Shown: positions 26,111-40,753 of the stretch, piece after piece | Position numbering within the stretch: position 1 is the first letter of the stretch | How the letters are laid out: each line of letters starts with the position of its first letter | The notes under the pieces: model-generated | Told to the model about the DNA's origin: nothing | Seen by the model: only the letters and a program-made list of their open reading frames with translations | Databases searched by the model: none | Made by a program: the position numbers and the translations under genes | Source of the DNA: Octopus vulgaris | Lineage: Eukaryota | NCBI GenBank assembly: GCA_951406725.2 | Contig: OX597836.1 | Span: 18,104,001 to 18,168,000, forward strand | Length of the DNA: 64,000 nt | Reading direction: 5' to 3'

Positions 26111-27586
26111 ACCTTCAACAACAAATACTACTGCCCTCGATAAAAGACCAACTCACCGACTTTGAACGATATGATTCCTACTGGTCACTGAGTTCCTTCT
26201 TTATGACTGGATCTGGATCTGCTGGATCTGCTTCTTCATGACTAAATAAATTCGGTACAGCATGGAGTGTTTCAACTTATAGACCATGACAGCGTTTAAA
26301 CATTTTCACTCTAAATCGGTCCCTCCCCCTTACAAAAGAAGCTACACTGTCACACATACCTCACCTTTATTCTCCAATAAATTATAGAGATCCTGGGTAT
26401 GACTTTCATTTGCATCCAGTAGAAAGTGCCCCGGTTCGGGTGTCGCAGTAGTTTGAGGAGTGTAAAACCACCCTTTAACCCTTACTAACCATTGTTCCCT
26501 AGCGTACTCTAGCCCGGAGAAGTAACTCCTGTCAGAGTTTCAGCTATAGCTTAATTTCTATGTCAGGGAACGAACACCTAAGCACAAACATCTACTGGCT
26601 TGTAAAGGAAAAGGGTGAGAGAGCCAATGTCGACAGCAATTCAAGAGTTCCTCCCTCAAATGGCAGGGTGCCCTATTTGAAACCCAGCAATTCAAGACTT
26701 TATAGAGATCTCCAGCCTTGTAATGCAGTTCACCTAGGAGAAATTCCCTCTAATACAGTACCTACAACTTCTGATCTTTGCAACAGTCTTAGCTCGCTCA
26801 ACCATTATGGTCAGACCTCCAACTCTAAAAAAGAGTCGGATCGGATTGTGTGCATCGACACACACTTTAAAACTTCTATGCGCAAGCAAAAGGAACTGTC
26901 CTGCAGCGCCAATGATCGGCTTACATGACAATTTGAGGGCATACCGCTCTTTTTCATGATCCTCGGACACGAAGAAACTGCCAAATTATTGCCATCAAAA
27001 GCTGCTAATGTCGGGTATTTGTTGCATTATGCGGCAACAACTTACGAGGCACCCTACTGAAATAGATGCAACTGGATTTCAGCGGAGTAGAGAAACGTGA
27101 AATAAAATACTTTGCCTTGAGGTCCTGTAGTCGAACCACGACCTGCTGGTAAGTCCAGCAGCCTAAACAATAACCGTTGGTTAGACGGGTAGGCCTATAA
27201 TGTATACGTAACCGAGATTACACCGGTTTCTACGTTAAAGGGACACCAGTTCTTTGCAACGCACTGGAACACCTTGAAGTGATTTCGTGCAAAAACACAG
27301 TGCTCGCCTAGTCTGAAAATCGAAACCACGACCATGTAACCGTGAGTGCAACACCTTAACCAATAGTGCATGCACCTTCATATAATTACATCATGGTCCA
27401 ATATATCAGCAAAGCTAAAATAACATCATTAGTAAATTCATTATCATTTTTTTGTTCCACAGCGTAAGAGTAAACACCTCGGTAAACATTATTTCAAACT
27501 TATGTATACATATATGTATATGTATATACGTACGTATGTACGTATGTAAGCATGTGTGAGTGTATTTATGATTATGTATATAAGCA

Positions 27587-27718
<132 letters not shown>

Positions 27719-27745
27719 CATATACATACAAATATATTACTATGT

Positions 27746-27787
<42 letters not shown>

Positions 27788-27807
27788 ACGTGTGTAATAT
27801 ATTCGTA

Positions 27808-28311
27808 GAGTAAATAAATACACCATATTTCATTACAATGAACGAAAAAATTCAAACATATAAAAATATTCTATCTTACGATGTGGAAATTTTGTTAACC
27901 AAAAAAAAATTTTTTTTTCAAAGGCAAAAAAAAAAAAAGAAAGAAAGAAAGAAAGAAAAATGAGAAAACAACAACAACAACAACAACAACAAAAACAGGA
28001 ACGATGCAGAAACGAAATAATAACCGAATAGTTTACGCTGTTGCAGAGAAATTCCACATCGCGGAATAAATCTTAAAGATGGAAGAGTAAGAATTCAACG
28101 CACCATCAGTAAATATCAAAATTTTGAATTATTCGATTATTTACGAAGCATTGCTCACAATTTGTCTTCTTGGAAGTTTCTTCCTTCCTCCAATCCTGAA
28201 CACAGTTATCATTTAACTGCATATCGTTTTTCCTTCCATTTTCTTCTTCCCTTTTTTTAATCCATTTTTAAAAAGCATATCTGGTGCGTTTTCTTCAAAT
28301 TACTTTTTATG

Positions 28312-28351
<40 letters not shown>

Positions 28352-28460
28352 GTGTTTGTGTGTGTATTGTGTAAACTGCATATGAATAAATTTCGTTTGC
28401 GTAACTTTTTAGTTGCTTTATTTTTTCATTGCTGGTGGCATATGGTATATTTACTTTAGG
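27808..28460 (+). mobile_element. Mutator-like (MULE) remnant
   Basis: 28072-28170 encodes LKDGRVRIQRTISKYQNFELFDYLRSIAHNL, a typical animal MULE C-terminus; imperfect inverted ends gagtaaataaatacaccata / tatggtatatttactt. Confidence 0.5.
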
Positions 28461-29549
28461 AATAAAGACGTTAAATCATGTTTAACGATGTATTTACTCT
28501 GCAGATAAAAAATATGATGGCCAAACACGAACAGTATATTGGTTATCGATGAAACTACGTTGCTAGGAAATTATTAGAGATTGGAAATTGCAGGTGAAGA
28601 TTATTTAGGCTGGGATGTAATTAGACATGACGAAACAAAAACTTTGAATTTAAAGAACAATATTAATCCGTTCGCATTTAAACAGTCCATATCCAAACCA
28701 AATATTATTCTTGTTCCATGTTCAAATCGGCCAGTATTTCACATCTGCCCAGGAATATCATTAATGAACCAATAAATAATTAATACGAGAGAAATAGAAA
28801 ACAATGTAAAAATGATAAGCCTTGCATTTGACAGAGAAATCTGAATGTGAAATAGACGAATAAGCCTTTAAATTGTTCAAAGTGCCTCCCCTTTTTTGTT
28901 TGTGACCTTTGTCTTTAAAGGTCACCAGGAAATGGCTGTCAGTTTTAGCTTCCTCTATATAAGAAGAAAATTTCAATTAATTTTGAATTTTTGCTTCTGT
29001 CATTCCTCCATCACAAGCAGAAATGTATCACATACACGCAGGCATAGCAGTTTGGTTAAAAAGCTTGCTTGGCAACCACGTGGTTTCAGGTTCAGTCCCA
29101 CGTTGGGAAAACGTCTTCTGCTATAGCTTCGGCCCACCCGATATCGTTTGTGTGAATATAGTCGGCGAAAACTGCGTGGAAGCCAGTCGTGTGTGTGTGT
29201 GTGAGTATGTGTGTATACAGATTGCGATGGATAAATCGTCGCTATTTTATACCTCTATTTTTCAGGCATGCACATTGTTTTTGATTTTGTCCACAACATA
29301 GTATATTAAGCTACAATACGAACATTTGCGAGTGTTTTGGTGTCAACCTGAGGACATGTACGGAGAGTGATAGAAATCAAATATCCAGTCAACATCATAT
29401 CAACAAATGAAAGTCAAAACAACTCATAGCCACAAGAAGCACTTCATTTTAATCACTAACAAGGGAGGCAAGCTACCCCAGCGTCTGGGAATAGCCAGTA
29501 ATTTTGCATTTATATTAATGTTTTTCAGAAGAGCAGCGTATGCAGAGGA

Positions 29550-30007
29550 AGGCCAAATGTGTTTCAGTAAGATTCTGCACTATTAAACATGGCTCTAGTA
29601 ACACAGGAATGAATGGCTGAAAATTTTCATGGTCACATGACCCCTAACATTTGGTTTCCCCCTAATTCACCAGATTTCAATCCATTGTATTATTACATAT
29701 GGAACGTTGTTGGTAGAAAGGTCAACGAACACGCCCATAACACCAAAGATTCTTTGAAAGCTGCCATAGTCAGAGTAATGTCCAAAATGAACCAGGACCA
29801 CTTGATTCGATCATGTAAATGATTTCGATCTCGTATAGAAGCAGTTGTTGACGCTAAAGGTGGCTTTATTGAATAACATTATGGAAAAGAAAGTTTATTT
29901 TTATCCTCATAGCATTTTTTGATAAATAAAGTTATTATCTATTATTATATATGATTTTTTTTCTCTATAAATATAAATCTGTCCTCAAATATCTTGCGCA
30001 CGGTGTG
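29550..30007 (+). mobile_element. maT/DD37D-like Tc1-mariner 3' remnant
   Basis: VFQ*DSA...TQE*MAENF...WFPPNSPDFNPLYYYIW...FRSRIEAVVDAKGGFIE*; TIR-like end before (TA)n. Confidence 0.8.
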
Positions 30008-30022
30008 TATATATACATTTTC

Positions 30023-30116
<94 letters not shown>

Positions 30117-30402
30117 ATGCATCTATGTCTCTGTGTTTGTATGCACCGCTATCTGGCAACCGGTGTAGGTGTGTTTATATACCCTTAAGGTAGCAAAGTA
30201 ATCGATAGGGTATGTACCAAGCTTAAAAAATAAGTATTTCGGTGGATTCGCTTGACTAACATCTTAAAGGCGCTGCCCCAGCATGGCCACAGTCTAATAA
30301 GTGAAACAAGTAAATTATAAAAGATATACACATGTTTACAATTGAGAGAAAAACTATATATATATAAATACTTACATGTATACATATATATACATACATA
30401 CA

Positions 30403-30436
<34 letters not shown>

Positions 30437-30848
30437 TGTGTGTGTGTATGTGTGTGTGAGAGACAAAGAAAGAAAATAAGGAAAAAAGAAAATGTTTGCA
30501 GAAATATACTGGGGAAAACAGTAAATATGTACAGTTTCTGGTCGTTTAAAACGATTTTTTCATGCTGAGATTAAATGAAAAGGAAGAGGAAAAAAAATAA
30601 TAACAAAATATATTTCATAATAATCCGATCTGGATAGTCATATATATATATATATATAATAATAATTTCATAAATAAAACATATGCATACATACATACAT
30701 ATACGTACATACCTACATCTATATGTATATATTCATGCATATATGAGTACAGGACACCACAAATAAACGTAGAACACAACGGGAAACGAAAACATAAAAT
30801 CAAACAAGGAAACGGGCTTTTTTTAACAACGAAAAAACAGAGTACAAG

Positions 30849-30907
<59 letters not shown>

Positions 30908-30910
<3 letters not shown>

Positions 30911-31313
30911 ATAAGCAACAGGATATCAACAAGCAATGCAGTACGACCACTTGAACCGGCTCCATTTGATTGAACAATGCAATCTTTGCATCAATTTAAA
31001 CCCAGTGCTCTCATCAGCTGCACAAATAAATAGAATTTTAACTAATTGGATACATTAATATAATTTTTCTGAAATGTTTTAACAGAACAAGAAGATTGAA
31101 GAAATTCACGTTGTCGCTATTGTATCTAAGAATAGTCTACACTTTCAAGGATGGCATGTAGCCCAATGCGTCCAACTGGTTAAAATTCTATTTATTTATG
31201 CAGCTGATGATAGCACTGCATTTAAATTGATGTAATGATTGCATTGTTCAATTAAACGGAGCCGCTTGAAACGGTCGTACTGCATTACTTTTTGATATCC
31301 TGTTGCTTATTTT
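30908..31313. repeat. ~150-bp inverted repeat (30908-31056 / 31165-31313), PLE-terminal-repeat-like
   Basis: Arms are reverse complements with scattered mismatches; ~108-bp spacer. Confidence 0.85.
31198..31285 (+). ncRNA. Type I hammerhead ribozyme motif
   Basis: ATGCAG-CTGATGA-tAGC...GCTt-GAAAC-GGTC-GTA-CTGCAT: 6-bp stem I, intact core, near-palindromic stem III. Confidence 0.65.
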
Positions 31314-31399
31314 GATTCTATTCACCTTACTTCGAGCTGTGTGAATGATACCGGACTGACATGGTACTTCAACTTACGTACGTAATTCAACTGAATCTC

Positions 31400-31435
<36 letters not shown>

Positions 31436-31476
31436 GCATCTATACGCAGGCATTAAAAAAAGCATATATATATATG

Positions 31477-31835
31477 GCGCATGCGTAGATGTGTGGTAAG
31501 AAACTTGCTTCACAATCACATGGTTCCGGGTTCAGTCCCACTGTGTGGCACCTTGGGCTGGTGTCTTCTGCTATGGTCTCGGGCCGACTAATTCCTTGTG
31601 AGTGGATTTGGTAGACGGAAACACGCAGAAGCTTGTCGTATGTGTGTGTGTGTGTGTGTGTGTGTGTATCTGTGTTTGTACTCCCACCATTTCTTGGTTT
31701 GTTTATGTCTCTATAATGTGACTGTTTGGCAAAAGAGAACAATAGAATAAGTAACAGACTTGAAAATAATGAGTACTACGGTTGATTCATTCGACTTCAA
31801 ACTCCTCAAGGAGAAACCCCAGCATGACCGCAAAT
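31477..31835 (+). mobile_element. SINE family 2, diverged copy
   Basis: Head ggttccgggttcagtcccactg, CORE-like ccttggg, degenerate tail. Confidence 0.8.
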
Positions 31836-32237
31836 CAAAGATAGAAAACATACATTCCTACAGAGATGCACACACACACACATACACACACACACACACA
31901 CACACAAACACACATATCAACACTCATGCACATTCAGGATAAAGATAACCACGTAGACGATTATATAAGTATTTATGTATACATCGTACAAACATACGTA
32001 CGTAACATGAGAATATTTATAATTACATAGTTTAAACGCAGATAGAGAAACAGACATATATAAATATACATATAATACTTTGGACGTACACACACATATA
32101 TCTGATACGTACAAAGAAAGATAGGCAGTCTCACAAATACAAACACATGCACTCACATATATATATTCATATATACATATATGTACATACATATATATAC
32201 ATGTATATATATGTGCGTATATACATATGTGTGTGCG

Positions 32238-32288
<51 letters not shown>

Positions 32289-32952
32289 TTTGAAAATACA
32301 TTCACACAGACACACAAATGTACAAATACATATTCTGGATACACATATATATATTTATATACATACATATACATACACATATATATTTATATACATACAT
32401 ATATACACATATACACATATATATTTATATATATATATACACATATACATACACATATATATTTAGGACATACACACATATGTTTCCTGCATGCATATGT
32501 AGCATACATACACAGACAGGTTTACACACAGATATACATGCATATACATATACATATATGCGCAGAAACATACATAAGACCAACATAAACTACACACGTC
32601 AATAAAATATTAACAGCAAAAGAAAAAATGAAGAATTTCTTCTATCACACTCTATAACAACACCATTTGAAAACAGCGATTTTCGTTCACTTCACATTTG
32701 TTGTGACATAGAGAGACGAAGGATAGGAAGAAATAAATCAACGGACGAGTCTATTTTTACATTTTGCGATAGAAATCTATCAAAGAATTTGGCAAGGATA
32801 AACTAGTGATGATATAAATAAGTCCTGTTTCTAAAAATAGCTCCATCACAAAACAACACATTAGTTAGCTTTCCATAAAAGCTACCAGTAAAGCTGGTTG
32901 GTTCGATGGCTGGGCGTTTCAAAAATGGCTGACAATTCTGTAGATGACTTAC

Positions 32953-32979
32953 TGACTGGTAGGATGGTAGGTCCGCCAT
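32953..32979 (-). CDS. Candidate first coding exon (MADLPSYQS)
   Basis: caaaATGGCG start (YY1-like AAAATGGCGG), 9 codons, then donor CA|GTAAGT, in a non-repetitive island; no downstream exon identified. Confidence 0.35.
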
Positions 32980-33862
32980 TTTGTTATGGTTTTGATTTTT
33001 TTTCTGCCTTTTTGGTGTTTTGTTATTTTATTCGGAGCGATTCCGTGTGTGATGGCAAGAGTGTATATCATCATGCCACGTATGAGCAAAATCGATCTCC
33101 AACTGGTAGAAGAGGCGCCTGTGCGTGATTGCTTTTAATATGAAGAGATTAATACAGACAAATCAAAAGAAACAAATAAAGAAAGAAAACGAAAAAGGAG
33201 AAATGAATGACAGAAAGAAGGAAAGATAGAAACGAAGAAAGAAAGAAAGAAGGAAAGAAAGGAAGGAAGAAAGGAAAAAAGTCCAGTAAGCCATACGTGC
33301 TGATCTGTTATTATCAGAAGCACGCATATATTTGAATACATATGTATGCATGTATATATACATACATAAATACATATATATATGCTTACATATATATATA
33401 TATGTATGTAAATATATATATAAATATACATATATATATGAGTGTATGTATATATATATATATATATATATACATATATGTATACATATGTATACATACA
33501 TATATATATATATACATACACACACATACACACATATATAGAGAGAGATAGATATACATGAACATATTCATATACAAATATATTTATATGTATGTACGTG
33601 TATATATTTATATATATATATGCATATATATATACATAAATATATATATACGTACATACACACACACACACACACATATATGTGTGTGTGTGTGTGTGTG
33701 TGTTCATATATACATGCTTGAAGAAATAGCTAGGTATACATGCACTTAGGTATGTTCAGGTACACAAGAATACGCTCATGAATACATACATATGCATACA
33801 TATATGCATACAGACATAAAGATATACCTCTGCACGCATTCACTGTGTATGAGATCGGGGGA

Positions 33863-33952
<90 letters not shown>

Positions 33953-34354
33953 GGTGTGTGTGCATGTATGTATATATATATATGTATATGTATATATATG
34001 TGTGTACGCAGACACCCACGCATATGTATGTGTGTTAGTATGTGGGCGTGAGTGTATACCTTTAAGTAAATATGTATGAATACGTATAATGCTGATATAT
34101 ATATATATATACATAATAATATAAATAATATATAAATATATGCATATACACATACATATATGTACATACCTACATCTATATGTATATATACATGCATATA
34201 TGGCTACAGGACATAAAAAAACTTTAAGCAAAAGCATGGAAACGAACGTTTTTCAAACAACCAAAAAACTGAGTACATGACATACAACACAAGGAATATT
34301 CTCCTTCTTCAGTTTTTCCTGTTTAGTCTACTCCGCGTTTCGATAGGTAAGGAC

Positions 34355-34463
<109 letters not shown>

Positions 34464-34875
34464 TATATTAGGGAGCAAGGGCGATAAGCGTTCTATCTCC
34501 TACATGCTTGAAATGTCGAGGCTATCAGTAACTACCAAAAACTCCAAAATGTACACGCGTTGAGTCGGGCGAGTGAAAAAAAGTATTAAAATGACGTTAA
34601 TTGTGAATTGGGTCCAAAAGCAGGCTTCTTTTCTTTCGTCAACGCAATTCACGAGAAATATATATATACAAAACATTGTACAACTCGTAGAAAGCGGATT
34701 CGCACGTCTACATACAAATATTTGCACGTATGGATCAGAGAGAAGTGAGATTTATACTTTTTTACAACAACCACGTGTATATTATGAAAATAGCTCCGTA
34801 AAAAATGCTATTTTGATCAGGTGTGCAAATGATTATATTATTTTATTTAATTTATTAATTCGTAATACAATAGAA

Positions 34876-34965
34876 GGCTAAAATTACGTTAATTATTTTT
34901 ATCGAGTAGTGAGCATGCAATAAAAATATATAGGTAATTTATATATTAAATTAATAATTATGTAT

Positions 34966-35020
<55 letters not shown>

Positions 35021-35105
35021 AATAATAATTTAATGCATAAATTACCTATAAATTTTTATTGCATGCTGACTACGTGAGAAAAATCATTAACGTGATTTTA
35101 TCCTT
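34876..35105. repeat. Foldback with ~85-bp arms around a (CA)/(TA) core
   Basis: aaaattacgtt...agcatgcaataaaaatatataggtaattta vs taaattacctataaatttttattgcatgct...aacgtgatttt. Confidence 0.75.
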
Positions 35106-35137
35106 ATATCTATCTATCTAGCTAGCTATATATATAT

Positions 35138-35181
<44 letters not shown>

Positions 35182-35182
35182 G

Positions 35183-35223
<41 letters not shown>

Positions 35224-35383
35224 CATATATATATATAAGTTATATTTCTAAGTTATTCTAAGTTATATATATATATGTAGATAGATAGATATACATACAT
35301 ATATACACATACATAATTTTATATGAAATATATATATACATACATACATATATATATAAGTTATATTTCTAAGTTATTCTAAG

Positions 35384-35461
<78 letters not shown>

Positions 35462-36929
35462 AGATAGATAGATATACATACATATATACACATACATAAT
35501 TTTATATGAAAAATATATTGTGCACTGACTACTTTATGCATGCTAGCCTCTGGTAGAAACTTTCTCTAATTCTTCTACCCTATATATTTTAGAGATTTCG
35601 GTAATTTTGAAGAAAGTCGACGCATGAATTCTTAGTTGCGCTTGCGCAGTTATAGTCGTTATCGGTCTTCCTTTCGTTAGTTACACAGCAGTTGGTACTA
35701 AGAAGTCACTCGATCAAAGGAAAAAAATTATCGTATTTAATGGGATTGGAGATGCTACATCTATATAACAAGTGAAAAATATGCAAGGGAATCTTGCACA
35801 GCAAAATACCGGTAGCTCAAAAATTAATAAGCAGCCATTTTCAAAGGGGAAAGTGGAAATATATGGCTGAAAAACAAGTTCATTGGATGCACCCAGGCAG
35901 AACGGGATATCCTAGAGTCCATTGTATCTACTTACTAAAGGTGGGAACATAGATATATGGGATTCGGAGAGGCGTAATTCTTTGTATACAGTTGGCACTG
36001 CTTCCACTGATTCATATTTGAGGGGTATTTTTTGGGTTTTGGTACAGTTTTGTTGTTGCTGTGCTTGTGGTGGTGTTGCAAGTGCTGTTGTGTATACAGT
36101 ATTTATACCACAAAACTGTCACCTCTGCTACAATCACATCCACCTCTGACTCTACACCGTCACTACCACTTACACAAGCAATACAATCATCCATACATAC
36201 CACCACCATTCACTCACTACCAATTCCTATTCACATAAATATATATACACGCACACGTAGTTTTCCCAGTGGAATCGCTTTTTCATATATATATATATGA
36301 GTGTTTGTATATATATATATATATATCTATATATTCATTTATATGCATGTATGTATGTGTGTGTGTATATACACATATACACATACATACATACATGCAT
36401 ACATATATATATAGTTTGTCCACAATTTATGTTTACAGTTTCAATGATTCATAAAAACAAAAAGTAAAAATAACTCGGGAGAGTTTATTGGCAAACAAAT
36501 AGAGTTTTATTACAAGCATCAGAACACCTCTACATAGCCTCCAGTGGTTGCAGGCAACACATATATACAATAAATTCTGGAAGTTGTAAAGAGAATTTAA
36601 GAACAATCTCTGTATTTATACATATTCATACATATATACATACAAATATATATATATATATATATATATATTGGTAAAAACGGTGAGATAACAAAAGAAA
36701 GAAAGAGACCTGAATATTATGTAAATAGAGGAAATTTATCTATAAAATAATATGTTACGTTACTCAATAGTCAAGATAAAACTCTGAGTTTCAGATGCCG
36801 AAGTGGAAATCCACAACACCATCTGGCCATCTGAAAAACGCTATGAAAAAATACCGTTATATAAAGGGAAATTACTGTATTATAATTCTGCTCGCGAACC
36901 CACGTGCGTACTTATACGTCACACATGCA

Positions 36930-37033
<104 letters not shown>

Positions 37034-37043
37034 CTTATACATA

Positions 37044-37620
37044 TAGGGGTTGGGCAATATAATGGAAACATCTAGCATCATAGCATCATAATTTTGAAAT
37101 ATATATAAAACCTTCAAAAGCTTATTTATTTTTATGTTTTTGATTAATTATTAGTATTGCTTAATAAGTTTTGCTAAATTTGCTGCTTCTTTTCAGATAT
37201 CATCAGATAAAAGTAATTAGAATTCATTAAAAGGACAGATCTATCGGACTTTCAAAGCGGTCTAGCTGTTGCTGCTCGTATGGCAGGTGTTAGCGTAACG
37301 AACACAGCCGAAATAGTTGGTGTATCAAGAAGTACTGTCGCGAAAGTAATGACAGCCTTTCAGAAAGAGGAAGAAAACCAAAATTTTCAGATAGGGACCG
37401 TCGGACTCTTACGAGAATTGTTAGAAATGATCACAAAATACAGCTCCCAAAATTACTGCAGAGCTTAATGACCACCTCGAGAACCCAGTTTTCACAAAAC
37501 TGTTGGCTGGGAGCTGCACAAAGCCGGATTTCATGGGTTGCAATCAGAAAACCACTACTTTCAAAAACAAATGCGGCAAAGCGTTTAGAGGGGTCAAAAC
37601 CTACAGAATTGGTCCCTAGA
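37044..37620 (+). mobile_element. Tc1-like transposon 5' remnant
   Basis: TIR-like aggggttgggcaatataatggaaaca; HTH ARMAGVSVTNTAEIVGVSRSTVAKV; SDRDRRTLTRIVR; AIRKPLLSKTNAAKRLE; frameshifted. Confidence 0.85.
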
Positions 37621-37790
37621 GAAGGCGGAGAGCTGGCAAAAATGCATTGTAAGTTTTCAGATAATTTTCGGTTTTAAAAGATGGCATTTTTTTATTGCCG
37701 GCTGCGCAATAGATTTTGAAAAAGTTAGGACGTATAAATACAGGGCAATTAGTTTCATCGCCCCGTATGTATACGTTTAACCCTAGATGG

Positions 37791-37864
37791 TCCCGCTGAA
37801 GAAGATTGCACCTGGTGGGTTCCTTTACTCGCTAAACTAAAATCAGAAACCAATTGGTCCAGGA
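37791..37864 (+). ncRNA. Type I hammerhead-like motif, PLE type
   Basis: tcccg-CTGAAGA-aGATT...AATCa-GAAAC-CAATTG-GTC-cagga; palindromic stem III ACCAATTGGT; stem I 4/5 pairs. Confidence 0.5.
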
Positions 37865-38102
37865 AACTAGATGGTAAAATGTCTTTCATTTTCATTTCGT
37901 TCCTGTCGAATTTTATCCCTAATGTTTGTGGTTATAGAACCTAGCTGTTCTTTCTAGCGTGTTGAATTCCTCTGAGTGGATTCCTCATGTGTTTAAATGT
38001 ACACTATATCGTATGACTAATATGTAGTCTTTTGGACTAAATCTTACACGTTAGACCACTGGAAATGTAAATTTTAATTAATTTCCATTTCCCTTTGATA
38101 TG

Positions 38103-38196
<94 letters not shown>

Positions 38197-39269
38197 TACA
38201 TACACACACATACACGATGAGCATTCACAGACTTTCTGCAAACCAAATCTACTTTGGTCAGCTTGAGAGTAAACTCTTACTCGAGGTACCTCGCGGTGGG
38301 ATTCGAAGCACGACCACAGAATTGGAAACGTAACTATTCCAACATTATCATTATCATTATCATCACCACACTATCATATCGGCTCACTTATAATACTAAC
38401 ACTAACACATCTTCCACTACTACCACCTCGACCAGAGCCACCAACATCACAGACCTCACCACCATTATCAGCACCACCACCTCCATTACCCTCACCCGGA
38501 CCACCACCCTTCATCATCACTATCATCATGCTCTCCACGAGAACCACCACGATCACCATCACCAACACCACTACTATCACTAGTAGCACCACCACAACCA
38601 TCATTTTCACAACCATTATCATCACTTAGCATCATTATCACTACTATCACTGGCACCAACACTATATCCACCACAACCACCACCATGACCACCAATACCA
38701 CCACCACCACCGCCGCCACCGTCAACAACACCACCAGCATAATCACCACAACCACTACCATCAACAGCACCATCATCACCACCACTACTTCTCCCACCAC
38801 ATTGCTACCCATTACTACAGTAACTACTAAAATACCAACAAAATCCCTCGCATTGTCATTACTACCACACACCACTTCTACTACTACCACTATATCATTA
38901 CTACCACTATACTACAGCATCGTCTGTATCCCCACCACCCCAACACCACGTAATTATCCAGGTCACGTCCCCACCCACCATTTCTACACACCACAACCAC
39001 ATCTCTACCCGGATCACTCCCACCAGCTCCGCTAATAACCCTACAACTACTAGCAGAACCATAACTGCTATCACCAGGCGCCGCCGCCGACCTTGTCACA
39101 GTGCTATGAAAACCAACTCATTACCACCTGTGAAATACTGTGGTACCATTTAGTGAGACCTGTGATCTTATTCAAGGTGACGTTTTATTCCCTGTGCTCA
39201 TTAGTAATATTTAAATAACCATTAGTAATTATGTATATTGTAATTATTCATCAACATCTATCTATATTT

Positions 39270-39348
<79 letters not shown>

Positions 39349-39411
39349 ATCTATGTATCTATCTATCTATCTATATATCTATCAATTTATGTATATGTAT
39401 AAATACATGTA

Positions 39412-39471
<60 letters not shown>

Positions 39472-39578
39472 AGGGTATATCTGTGTGTATGTGTGTGAGT
39501 GTGTGAGAGTGTGTGTGTGTGCGAAGCTATTACCGAGACTACTGAAACCACAAAGCATAAGCCCACCAACACCAACAT

Positions 39579-39625
<47 letters not shown>

Positions 39626-39884
39626 ATACCACCGCCACCACCTACCTACCCTCGAGACCCACGACACCCAATGATGCAACGCCGCCATTAGCAATAACAA
39701 CAAAAGCAACAACAACACTACCCATAATAATAACCAAGCCATTATAATAACGAGGTTATTATTACGCCAGAAAATCGCCATTAACGATGACAAGCTCAAT
39801 ATTGCATCTTACTACTACTACTACCACCAATACTACTACTGCTACTACTACTGCTGCTACTGCTACTACTACTACTACTTATTA

Positions 39885-39945
<61 letters not shown>

Positions 39946-40252
39946 CAATTGTAGTTGTATGACTAGTATTACTATTGTTACTATTGTATTATTATTACTC
40001 TTAAAAATTACTATTACTATCATTATTACTATTATTATCATCATAAAGTTATAATAACATAAAGCTATTAGGATGCAAAGAGAGTTTATTATTATCCTCA
40101 TCATTATCACCATTTTGAATGTAATAATCGTTATAATTATGAACAGCTACTTAGCTAACATTGCAATAACAATAACAACCAGAATAACAACAACAACAAT
40201 AACAACAATAATAATAATAATAATAACAATAATAATAATAATAATAATAATG

Positions 40253-40328
<76 letters not shown>

Positions 40329-40336
40329 TGATGATG

Positions 40337-40392
<56 letters not shown>

Positions 40393-40580
40393 TACTACTC
40401 TTGGCAAAAGGCCTGAAATATTTTGTGGGAGGTGCTAAGTCGATTATGTTGACCCCCGCTATTCAACTGGTACTATTTTATCGAGCCCGAAAGCATGAAA
40501 TGTTTAGGTAGGGGTCGGTGGAATTTAAACTCAGAACGTGCAGCCAAAAGAAATGCTGCTAAGAAAATTGCCAGTCGTGC

Positions 40581-40753
<173 letters not shown>

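Noticed and set aside
26140-26990. Complex island with a 122-aa ORF
   Set aside because: No motif recognised in any frame; probably an old TE, cannot be supported.
38330-39800. Mucin-like Thr-rich ORFs
   Set aside because: Degenerate (ACC/ACT)n with frequent stops; same texture as other non-coding tracts.
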